From NCBI GenBank assembly GCA_002392285.1, contig DGGR01000027.1, positions 1 through 24,576 of the forward strand: a DNA stretch of 24,576 bases. Reading direction: 5' to 3'. Positions 9,352 through 16,925 of this stretch are shown piece after piece. Source of the stretch: Verrucomicrobia bacterium UBA3869 (GTDB taxonomy: Bacteria; Verrucomicrobiota; Verrucomicrobiia; Opitutales; UBA9783). The translations under genes were made by a program, and so were the position numbers. Numbering within the stretch: position 1 is the first letter of the stretch; each line of letters begins with the position of its first letter. Below the pieces are notes generated by a model. The model saw only the letters and a list, made by a program, of their open reading frames with translations. It was not told the DNA's origin and searched no databases.

Positions 9352-10401
9352 TTATAGAACACCCAAACGATGACGATCGAATAATTGATTTAAGGTTTCT
9401 GCCTGATGTATATACCAATCAATTGTTATAGAAAGCCCTTGGTCAATCGAATAGTTAGGCTTCCAATTGATGGTTTTGCGCAACTTACTAGCATTTAAGG
9501 CATAACGTCGATCATGTCCGGGTCGATCCTTGACATAGGTAATCAATGATTGATAGGAAGCGTTTGCCAATGGCTTTTTTCTATCCAATAGATCGCAGAT
9601 TTTATGAATTAGATCTATATTTGCCCATTCATCCTCGCCACTAACACAATAAGATGCTCCAATAACCCCTTTTGTTATTAACTGGAATAATACCTCAACG
9701 GTATCTTCTACAAAAATCCAATCACGGATTTGTTGCCCATCCCCATACACAGGGAGAGGTTGTTGATTTAGTGCATTCAAAATCATCAAAGGGATCAGCT
9801 TTTCAGGAAATTGGTGCGTACCGTAATTATTTACACAATTTACTATAATAGTAGGCAATCCATAGGTTTTATGAAAAGCCTGAGCCATTAAATCTGACCC
9901 TGCTTTCGATGCTGAATAAGGAGAACTGGGGTTATAAGGAGTTGTTTCGCAAAATTTATCCCCCCGGGGAGGCACTGCTCCGAATACCTCATCCGTTGAT
10001 AAATGCAAAAAACGAAAATCCTGTTTTTGTTGACCGGATAAGCTCTGATAATACCGAAGCGATGCTTGTAGTAATTGGAAAGTACCCATTACATTGGTTT
10101 GCACAAAGGCAGCCCCTGAATCGATCGAACGATCGACATGGGTTTCTGCAGCCATATTAACAACTACCTGTGGCTGTTCTTTACGCAAAATTTTACCGAT
10201 GGCATCAAAATCACAAATGTCGGATTGATAAAAAACATACTGTGGGTGTGATTGACAATCGCTTACATTTTCCAAATGTCCCGCATAAGTCAATTTATCG
10301 ACATTAATAATTCGATAACCCATTGCCAAGGCACGACGAACAAAATGCGATCCAATAAAACCACATCCGCCTGTAATCAAGATCGTATCGGGAGTCTGCA
10401 T
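9352..10401 (-). CDS. rfbB: dTDP-glucose 4,6-dehydratase RmlB
   Basis: ILITGGCGFIGS Rossmann motif, an SDR catalytic YSASK motif, STDEVFG and RPGHDRRYA. I prefer the ATG at 10401 (MQTPDTILITGG) over the TTG at 10425. Confidence 0.93.
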   Translation of the reverse strand: MQTPDTILITGGCGFIGSHFVRRALAMGYRIINVDKLTYAGHLENVSDCQSHPQYVFYQSDICDFDAIGKILRKEQPQVVVNMAAETHVDRSIDSGAAFVQTNVMGTFQLLQASLRYYQSLSGQQKQDFRFLHLSTDEVFGAVPPRGDKFCETTPYNPSSPYSASKAGSDLMAQAFHKTYGLPTIIVNCVNNYGTHQFPEKLIPLMILNALNQQPLPVYGDGQQIRDWIFVEDTVEVLFQLITKGVIGASYCVSGEDEWANIDLIHKICDLLDRKKPLANASYQSLITYVKDRPGHDRRYALNASKLRKTINWKPNYSIDQGLSITIDWYIHQAETLNQLFDRHRLGVL

Positions 10402-10439
10402 AACAATAAACCTTGGGGGTACCAAAGTTAGGAGTGTTA

Positions 10440-11585
10440 CTACTTTCCGTTTATTAATGCTTTAACCGTTGCTACGATTTGATCGATGTGTTCTTGGGTT
10501 ACGCACAATGCACTCGGTAAGTTGATCGAGCGACTGGAAATATCATACGCCACAGGATTGTTTTTCTCTCCCCCATTCGTATCCGACAGATAAGCTTTAA
10601 AGGCTGGCAAGGAAGACAATGGATAAAAGAATGGACGGCTGGGTTGGCCGCGATCTTCAAATGCTTTCATTCCCTGTTCTTTGGAAATGCCGAACTTTTT
10701 ATCGAAAACGAGCGCTGTGCACCAGACACTATTGTAAACGTTCTCAGGTTCAGGATTAAAAGTCAGTCCTGGGATATCCGCCAAAGCTTTAATGTAAGAA
10801 TGCCAAATCCAACGCTTCTTATCCACTAACTCTTTGAGGCGTAAAAATTGAGCATATCCAAGGGCAGCTAGTAGGTTGGAAGGCATATACTTATTGGCGA
10901 TCTCTGTGCAATAAAAGCTTCCGGGTTGGCGCCCATGATCTCTCAAAAACTTACAGCGTTGATACAAAGCTTCATCATCTAATAGCAACATACCTCCTTC
11001 GCCAGTCGTAATAGTTTTGGTGCGATGGAAGCTAAAAACTGACCCTACACCAAATTTACCTGCCGGGGTTCCATTATAGCGCGATCCGATTGCTTCTGCT
11101 GCATCCTCAATTAAATAAACACCTTTGGAATCACATAAAGCTTTAATGGCTTCCATATCCGGCATATTTCCGTACAGATCGACCACCATGACCGCCTTAG
11201 TTCTCGGAGTAATACGTTCCGCAATCGTTTCTGCGGTTACGCACCAATGGACAGGGTCAATATCGGCAAAAACAATCTTTCCGCGTTGATAATGAATTGG
11301 AACCGCGGTTGCCATCCAAGTACACTCTGGCACGATAACCTCATCCCCTTCTTTAATTCCTAATCCTTTGAGGATTAAGTGAATAGCGGAAGTACAATTG
11401 GGGGTCATCAATGCATGAGCACGGTTATGGTACTCTGCAATAGTTTTTTCGAACAATTCGATATATTTATAAGCGTTTTTTCCGTACCATCCGTTTCGAG
11501 CGGCATCCATAACGATCGCTATATCTGCTTCGGTTACGGAAGGACCCGCCATGTAAATAGAAGAATCATTAAAATCAGATTGCAT
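10440..11585 (-). CDS. DegT/DnrJ/EryC1/StrS-family PLP-dependent sugar aminotransferase
   Basis: 381 aa with NCTSAIHLIL, GDEVIVP, EDAAEAIGS and the PLP-lysine motif SFHRTKTITTGEGG. The C-terminal RPFFYPLSSLPAF and INLPS resemble perosamine-synthase-like 4-aminotransferases as I recall them. Regiochemistry is not assignable from sequence. Confidence 0.85.
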   Translation of the reverse strand: MQSDFNDSSIYMAGPSVTEADIAIVMDAARNGWYGKNAYKYIELFEKTIAEYHNRAHALMTPNCTSAIHLILKGLGIKEGDEVIVPECTWMATAVPIHYQRGKIVFADIDPVHWCVTAETIAERITPRTKAVMVVDLYGNMPDMEAIKALCDSKGVYLIEDAAEAIGSRYNGTPAGKFGVGSVFSFHRTKTITTGEGGMLLLDDEALYQRCKFLRDHGRQPGSFYCTEIANKYMPSNLLAALGYAQFLRLKELVDKKRWIWHSYIKALADIPGLTFNPEPENVYNSVWCTALVFDKKFGISKEQGMKAFEDRGQPSRPFFYPLSSLPAFKAYLSDTNGGEKNNPVAYDISSRSINLPSALCVTQEHIDQIVATVKALINGK

Positions 11586-11594
11586 ATTAGCATC

Positions 11595-11623
11595 AACTTA
11601 GGCCGTTTGAACGCTTGGGTCAA
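11595..11623 (-). promoter_or_regulatory. Putative internal sigma70-like promoter upstream of the aminotransferase (TTGACC-17-TAAGTT)
   Basis: On the minus strand, TTGACC is the complement of 11618-11623. A 17-nt spacer follows, then TAAGTT (complement of 11595-11600). The ATG lies 9 nt downstream of the -10 hexamer. This is hexamer matching only. Confidence 0.3.
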
Positions 11624-11625
11624 TT

Positions 11626-12465
11626 TTATATTTTAGGCGTTGATCGCTTATTTTCTTGCACCAACCGAGCAAACGTTAGCCATTGTTCTACAGGAATCTC
11701 CTCAGCTCGTAGAGCAGTCGATGGATAGTGTTGACTTAAATAGCTTAAAAAAGCCATAGCTAGGTCAGATTTTAGCCGCTTACAAATATGAGGAATTTGT
11801 TGGCGTCGATGGATAAATAGATCGCGCATTAACGTTACCAATTCCGGCGAAAAGATAAACGCATCCTGCTTCTTTTGCAAAAACAGCAAAGTGGAATCGA
11901 TTTTCGGCTGCGGATAAAAACAGCGTTTATGAATAATACACTGGTGCTTGATTTGATAAGCTGACTGCAAGCGAATCCCTAAGGGACAAAAATGTTTGCA
12001 ATGGTCAGGAGATAACCAACGGTCAGCAGCCTCTTTTTGCACCAAAAGCGTTAAATTTTCAGGCAAACGCGACAAGCATAATACCTGATGCAGCCAAACA
12101 CTAGCGATGGCATAAGGAAGATTGGAAACTACTTTGTAGGGCTTCGATAAATCGAAGTTGCCAACAGGGGTTATCAATGCATCCCCATGCACTAAATCAA
12201 TAGGGAATGTTTCTGTAATATAACGCGCCAAGGTCTGATCTTTTTCAACCCCAAACACACGCGCTTGCGCTTGTACCAATGCCGAAGTTAAGGTGCCACA
12301 ACCGCACCCAATTTCAACAACAATATCGCCTGGGTTAATCGGTGTTTCTTCCACCGAATACTGAACAACATTCGCTTGGATTAAGAAATTTTGCCCGAGC
12401 GAACGGTTCGGTTGAATCCCTAAGCGATTTAAGATTGATCGTGTTTCGCTTAACGAAACCGTCAT
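11626..12465 (-). CDS. rsmA: 16S rRNA (adenine1518/1519-N6)-dimethyltransferase RsmA/KsgA
   Basis: 279 aa with LGQNFL, VVEIGCGCGTLT and SNLPYAI motifs. Confidence 0.93.
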   Translation of the reverse strand: MTVSLSETRSILNRLGIQPNRSLGQNFLIQANVVQYSVEETPINPGDIVVEIGCGCGTLTSALVQAQARVFGVEKDQTLARYITETFPIDLVHGDALITPVGNFDLSKPYKVVSNLPYAIASVWLHQVLCLSRLPENLTLLVQKEAADRWLSPDHCKHFCPLGIRLQSAYQIKHQCIIHKRCFYPQPKIDSTLLFLQKKQDAFIFSPELVTLMRDLFIHRRQQIPHICKRLKSDLAMAFLSYLSQHYPSTALRAEEIPVEQWLTFARLVQENKRSTPKI

Positions 12466-12468
12466 TAC

Positions 12469-12669
12469 TTATAGGCGATCTCTACGCTGCCTTAAATAGA
12501 CATTAAACTTAGCAGCTTTTTCTTTTAAACGCCGCTTTTGGCAAGGTTTTTCGAAGAAACGCTTACTACGACAATCTTTTAAAATATTTTCGCGATTGAG
12601 TCTTACCTTCAATCGACGCAAAGCCCTCTCAAGAGGCTCTCCTTTACGAACTTTTACTTCTACCGGCAT
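12469..12669 (-). CDS. rpsU: 30S ribosomal protein S21
   Basis: 66 aa and highly basic. MPVEVKVRKGEPLERALRRLK...FEKP is the typical S21 N-terminal signature. Confidence 0.9.
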   Translation of the reverse strand: MPVEVKVRKGEPLERALRRLKVRLNRENILKDCRSKRFFEKPCQKRRLKEKAAKFNVYLRQRRDRL

Positions 12670-12690
12670 GAGTTATTTTCTAATGGCATT

Positions 12691-12720
12691 ATTTTCAGTA
12701 CTTTTAGCACATACGGTCAA
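12691..12720 (-). promoter_or_regulatory. Putative promoter of the rpsU-led operon (TTGACC-18-GAAAAT)
   Basis: On the minus strand, TTGACC is the complement of 12715-12720. An 18-nt spacer follows, then GAAAAT (complement of 12691-12696), about 21 nt upstream of the rpsU ATG. This is hexamer matching only. Confidence 0.3.
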
Positions 12721-12748
12721 GCAAAAATTTACTCATCTCTAAAATAAC

Positions 12749-12777
12749 TTGCGATTCTAACAATAGGTAGATTATAT
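12749..12777 (+). promoter_or_regulatory. Putative promoter of the RodZ-like operon (TTGCGA-17-TTATAT)
   Basis: TTGCGA at 12749-12754, a 17-nt spacer, then TTATAT at 12772-12777. The first ATG (12785) is only 7 nt after the -10 hexamer. Confidence 0.25.
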
Positions 12778-12784
12778 AATAAGA

Positions 12785-13597
12785 ATGGTTTTTATGCACT
12801 CTGTTGGTGAACAATTAAAGCAGGCGCGTCAGCAGCAAAATATCTCTATTGAGGATGCCGCCCGTGCTTTGAATATCAGTAAGAATGTACTGATGCAATT
12901 TGAAGCAAATAACTTTTCTTTATCGCTTTCACCCATTTATATCCGTGGGTTTTTAAAAGCATACGCAGCTTTTTTAAAGCTCAGCGTCAGCAGTATTTCC
13001 GCCGAATATGATAAGCTATTAAGCAAAACCAAAGAGCGGCCAATTTTCGTTAGCCCCATCAACGAAGAAGCAGAAGTAAAAGATGAGGTAAGTGAGCGCC
13101 CTCTCCTAATCGTTAAAATTACCAAATGGGCTCAGGCAGTTCAGGAACGCATTCGTCAACTTTCCAAAAGACAGAAAATGCTTGTCGGTAGCGTTTTGTT
13201 GGTAGCATTCATACTGTTGATTTGGCCATCTCACAAAGAGGATCCTTTAGCAACCCCTGACAGAGAGAGCGAATTAAATGCAGAAAACCTGGATGAATTG
13301 GTAGCATCGAGTAAACCAACGCGCATTCAAGGAGCACCGGCCAAAGGCGACGCAGTGGTTTATGAAAGCATCAGCCTCATTGCATCTGGTACCGTCAAAG
13401 TGCTTGTCCGTAAAGCAAGCGACAAGCAGGTGGTGTTTTCGGGCATTTTGAATGAAGGAGAACGTAAAGCAATCGACAAAAGCGATGCACTGCAGATTTT
13501 CTTCTCCGACGGTGACCATTTACTCATTTCACGTTCTTCTAATGGTACTTTAATTCGCCCCCAAACTGCGGGTCGCGGCTTCGTCCTGATTCAATGA
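12785..13597 (+). CDS. RodZ-like cytoskeleton/morphogenesis protein (N-terminal XRE-type HTH, one TM helix, C-terminal DUF4115-like domain)
   Basis: HTH segment GEQLKQARQQQNISIEDAARALNISKNVLMQFE. TM helix MLVGSVLLVAFILLIW. The C-terminal beta-rich domain (ISLIASGTVKVLVRKASDKQVVFSGILNEGERKAI...) resembles RodZ_C. The start could be 12785 or the ATG at 12794. Confidence 0.7.
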   Translation: MVFMHSVGEQLKQARQQQNISIEDAARALNISKNVLMQFEANNFSLSLSPIYIRGFLKAYAAFLKLSVSSISAEYDKLLSKTKERPIFVSPINEEAEVKDEVSERPLLIVKITKWAQAVQERIRQLSKRQKMLVGSVLLVAFILLIWPSHKEDPLATPDRESELNAENLDELVASSKPTRIQGAPAKGDAVVYESISLIASGTVKVLVRKASDKQVVFSGILNEGERKAIDKSDALQIFFSDGDHLLISRSSNGTLIRPQTAGRGFVLIQ

Positions 13598-14037
13598 AAC
13601 AGGCAAATACCACCATTCAAGTTAAGCAGGTAGTTATTACTTCATCGGGAGCATGCCTGTTTTTGGGCAATAGCCAAAAAATCTTCATGATTTATGTCGA
13701 TATTATCATGGGAGAACAAATTCGCTTCTTGTTCAATAAAAAGACTCAATCGCGCCCATTAACCTCCGATTTTATCCGCTACCTGTTTTTAAGCTTTGAT
13801 ATCAGTATCCAAACTCTCGTGTTGTATCATGCAGACAAAGGAACTTTTTATGCTAAAGCCGTTTGTCGGCAGGCCGGTCCTGTAACGCGCATTGTAGAAT
13901 TGGATATCCGACCGAGCGACGCCATTATGCTCAGCCTAAGCTTCAATAAACCATTGACCATCGATACGCAACTGTTTGAATCCTTGTCGGACGCTTCTGA
14001 ATTGCTTGAAAATTTCTCGAAAACCGAACAAAGTTAA
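13594..14037 (+). CDS. Bifunctional nuclease (BFN/DUF151) domain protein
   Basis: 147 aa with RPLTSDF (compare RPxTHDL), TFYAKAV and ELDIRPSDAIMLSL, the hallmarks of the BFN domain. It has an ATGA overlap with the upstream stop. Confidence 0.75.
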   Translation: MKQANTTIQVKQVVITSSGACLFLGNSQKIFMIYVDIIMGEQIRFLFNKKTQSRPLTSDFIRYLFLSFDISIQTLVLYHADKGTFYAKAVCRQAGPVTRIVELDIRPSDAIMLSLSFNKPLTIDTQLFESLSDASELLENFSKTEQS

Positions 14038-14048
14038 TTTTCAACGAA

Positions 14049-15089
14049 ATGTTATCGACTCAATTAACCATAGCTAAGAATTTACTTTTAAATTCTGCTT
14101 TATCACCGAAAGCAAAATTAACCTTGCTAAAACGCTTGTACGCTTACAAAAAGCATAGTACCGGTAGAACCGTTATCTTCGATATTAGTCATGTATGTAA
14201 CGGCCGGTGTTATTTTTGCCAAACGGGATTTGCTAATCGCAATAACACCCCTTGCAAAAGCCAAAGTGGGAAACAGTTTGTTGAGGTCGATTTTTTCCAT
14301 AAAATCCTAAAACACCTCAAGGAACAAAATTTCCTCAATGACGGAACGCAATTACACTTATTTAATTGGTTTGAACCCTTGTTGCATCCTGAATTTGCAT
14401 CCATTATTAAAACAGCGACCCAAGAAAATTGCCTCATTGGGTTAAGTACCAATGCAAATGTATTACCAAAGTTGCCCAGCGATTTTGATGCAAGTCGCGT
14501 CGTACTGCTCATTTTCTCCATGTGTGGATTTAGCCAACAATCGTATGACAAAATCCATCAGTTTGACTTTGAGCACATTAAGCATAACGTAGAACGGATT
14601 GTAAAAGACTTTCGCAATCATGGATGTGTAGGTGAAATGTATATTTCGTTTCACCTTTATCAATTTAACCTCCATGAGCTGCAGGCAGCATACGAATGGG
14701 CCAAACAGCTTCATATTAACATTTGCCCAACCTTTGCGTACATCAATGATGGACCTCGATTGCTGCAATTCTTCAAAAAAGAATTATCGATGGATTATCT
14801 CCAGGAGGTTTCGAACAGCCTGTTCATGGGTATGTATACGAAAATCTTCCATCCAACTACTTCTTGCTCATTAATGAACAATATTACTATCGAAATGGAT
14901 GGTCAGTGCGATCTATGCTGTGGATTAGATGAAAAAATTGGGAACGTATTCGATATGACCCCTGAAAAGCTAGCTCGTATCCATTACGAAAGCCCAACCT
15001 GCAAAGAATGTATGGCGTTAGGTATTCCGTGTCTGGAAAGGGGTGTGCATTGCAATATGCAACAATTGGCAAACGCATTCCATCAGTAA
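14049..15089 (+). CDS. Radical SAM enzyme with a C-terminal SPASM/twitch-like Cys-rich domain; substrate unknown
   Basis: CX3CX2C at residues 50-57 (HVCNGRCYFCQ). A GGE-like SAM motif (NWFEPLLHP) and GLSTNAN are present. The C-terminus has CX11GX4C (CSLMNNITIEMDGQCDLC), then IGNVFDMTPEKL, then CKECMALGIPCLERGVHC. That is eight Cys in the last 74 residues. Confidence 0.8.
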   Translation: MLSTQLTIAKNLLLNSALSPKAKLTLLKRLYAYKKHSTGRTVIFDISHVCNGRCYFCQTGFANRNNTPCKSQSGKQFVEVDFFHKILKHLKEQNFLNDGTQLHLFNWFEPLLHPEFASIIKTATQENCLIGLSTNANVLPKLPSDFDASRVVLLIFSMCGFSQQSYDKIHQFDFEHIKHNVERIVKDFRNHGCVGEMYISFHLYQFNLHELQAAYEWAKQLHINICPTFAYINDGPRLLQFFKKELSMDYLQEVSNSLFMGMYTKIFHPTTSCSLMNNITIEMDGQCDLCCGLDEKIGNVFDMTPEKLARIHYESPTCKECMALGIPCLERGVHCNMQQLANAFHQ

Positions 15090-15159
15090 AACCCTATTCC
15101 TCAACACGCCCAATTTTAAACCTTGCGTTTACGCTCATGATCTGTTACCAGAAGGTCAT

Positions 15160-16923
15160 ATGAAGGTCATGGATTTTTCAGTGGGAGATTTTTTAACTTC
15201 CAAAGTTAAGGAAGCAGCATCCACATTGCCTGAATTAGGCAAAGATTTCGACCCTGAAATCCGGCTATCTGAAGCAAATTTTGGTGATTTTCAATCCAAT
15301 GGTGTTCTGTCGTATTGCGGCAAAAAGAAATTGAATCCTCGAGCAACTGCTCAATCCTTATGTGAAAACTTTGCACAACAGCATGCAAACGAATATACTA
15401 TTGAATGTGCAGGCCCTGGTTTTTTAAACCTTACCATCAAGGATGGCGCGCTTATCCAATGGCTTTTGCAATTTCATACATCCGATGCTTATGATGGACA
15501 TTTGAAATCCATTTTTTCAGACAAAACGGTAGTCGTCGATTATTCATCTCCCAATACTGCCAAACGTATGCATGTGGGTCATTTACGTTCCATGGTTATT
15601 GGAGAAGCTCTACAGCGCTTTGTCCGTTTCAGCGGAGGTAAGGTAATTCGTGACAATCACCTAGGGGATTGGGGTACTCAATTTGGTATCTTATTGATGG
15701 AAATTAAACGCACAGGCTACGTGTTTAACGAATCTCCTACAGAAGCTATTGAGCACTTAGAGCATTTGTATCAAGTAGGAGTACAAGCCACAAAAGATGA
15801 CCCTAAAGCTTTGGATGAAGCCCATAAGGAACTATTGAAATTGCAACAAGGAGATACGGAAAACAAAACGTTATGGAAAAAAATTAACGACATCTCCTAT
15901 CAAAGTTTTGATGCCATCTACCAGCGCATGGGCGTTACCTTTGACTATGTACTGGGGGAATCCTTTTACTGCGATCAAGTGGATGCGGTCTATCAGGCCT
16001 TGCAACAGCACAAATTAGCTGTGCTCGACCAAGGAGCATTGGTGGTATTTCATTCGGAACATCCACGCTTTTGCAAGCAACCGTTTATCATTCGTAAATC
16101 CGATGGGGCGTCAAATTATGCATCAACCGACTTAGCAACTGTAAAATATCGCACCGATCAACTGAAAGCCGATGCGATGATTTACGTTACGGATGCACGC
16201 CAATGCGACCATTTTGAACAGTTGTTTTTGACCGTTAAAAAATGGTTTGCATGCGAAAACAAACCTATTCCGGGGCTATATCACGCTTACTTTGGGATGG
16301 TTTTGGACAATACAGGAAAGGCGATTAAGACGCGTGATGGCAAACCAATACAACTGCATGCCTTATTAGACGAAGCAGTTACGCGTGCGTACGATTTAAT
16401 CTGTACCAAAAGCCCAGATTTATCCGAAGAAGAAAAGCGTCATGTAGCTGAGGTTATCGGATGCGGTTCGATCAAATACGCAGACTTATCTCAAGATCGT
16501 ACTAGCAATTACCGTTTCGATTTCGACAAAATGATTCGTTTTGAAGGTAATACAGCACCCTATTTATTGTACGCTGTTGCTCGTATCCATGCGATTTTCC
16601 GCAAGTTGAACCTAGATGAGACCAACTGTACGTTTTCACAAGTACCTCATCAGTTTTCAACTGAAACCGAGCGTAGTTTGGCCCACAAACTAATAGCGTT
16701 CCCAACGGTATTATCAATGGCTATTCAGGACTTAAAACCCCATTATTTATGCCGTTATCTGTTCGAGCTGGCTGGCTGTTTTTCCACATTCTATAAGGCG
16801 GATAAGGTGATTATCGATGATAAGACCTCCCAAAACCTGCGGTTGTTATTGTGCAAGGCCACCCTATCAACCCTAGAAAAGGGAGTGTACCTATTGGGAT
16901 TAGAAACGGTTGAAAGGATGTAA
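15160..16923 (+). CDS. argS: Arginine--tRNA ligase
   Basis: The class I HIGH motif (MHVGHLRS) is present. So are the N-terminal Arg_tRNA_synt_N-like region and the C-terminal DALR anticodon-binding region (APYLLYAVARI... ending ...VERM). I prefer the ATG at 15160 (MKVMDF) or 15169. The track start at 15043 overlaps the upstream gene. Confidence 0.93.
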   Translation: MKVMDFSVGDFLTSKVKEAASTLPELGKDFDPEIRLSEANFGDFQSNGVLSYCGKKKLNPRATAQSLCENFAQQHANEYTIECAGPGFLNLTIKDGALIQWLLQFHTSDAYDGHLKSIFSDKTVVVDYSSPNTAKRMHVGHLRSMVIGEALQRFVRFSGGKVIRDNHLGDWGTQFGILLMEIKRTGYVFNESPTEAIEHLEHLYQVGVQATKDDPKALDEAHKELLKLQQGDTENKTLWKKINDISYQSFDAIYQRMGVTFDYVLGESFYCDQVDAVYQALQQHKLAVLDQGALVVFHSEHPRFCKQPFIIRKSDGASNYASTDLATVKYRTDQLKADAMIYVTDARQCDHFEQLFLTVKKWFACENKPIPGLYHAYFGMVLDNTGKAIKTRDGKPIQLHALLDEAVTRAYDLICTKSPDLSEEEKRHVAEVIGCGSIKYADLSQDRTSNYRFDFDKMIRFEGNTAPYLLYAVARIHAIFRKLNLDETNCTFSQVPHQFSTETERSLAHKLIAFPTVLSMAIQDLKPHYLCRYLFELAGCFSTFYKADKVIIDDKTSQNLRLLLCKATLSTLEKGVYLLGLETVERM

Positions 16924-16925
16924 GT

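Noticed and set aside
14210-15078. Antisense and alternative-frame ORFs inside the radical SAM gene (14210-14551, 14463-14768, 14632-14874, 14887-15078), considered as hidden precursor peptides
   Set aside because: All are fully nested within the radical SAM coding frame, which has intact motifs end to end. None has a leader/core-like organisation or a ribosome-binding site. I see no reason to prefer them.
15043-15159. 5' extension of argS in the track (start 15043); similar extensions for kpsF (17045), NUDIX (5303), rmlA (9305, TTG) and rmlB (10425, TTG)
   Set aside because: The extensions overlap the upstream genes or use rarer start codons. They also add residues absent from the conserved N-termini of these families. 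Internal ATGs fit the family N-termini better.
15137-15171. An 8-codon mini-ORF (MICYQKVI) ending in ATATGA at the argS start, and an 11-nt tandem duplication (gaaggtcatat/gaaggtcatgg) that creates two in-frame ATGs
   Set aside because: The mini-ORF has no Arg codons, so it is not an arginine-sensing leader. There is no attenuator structure. The duplication is tiny and only creates start-codon ambiguity.
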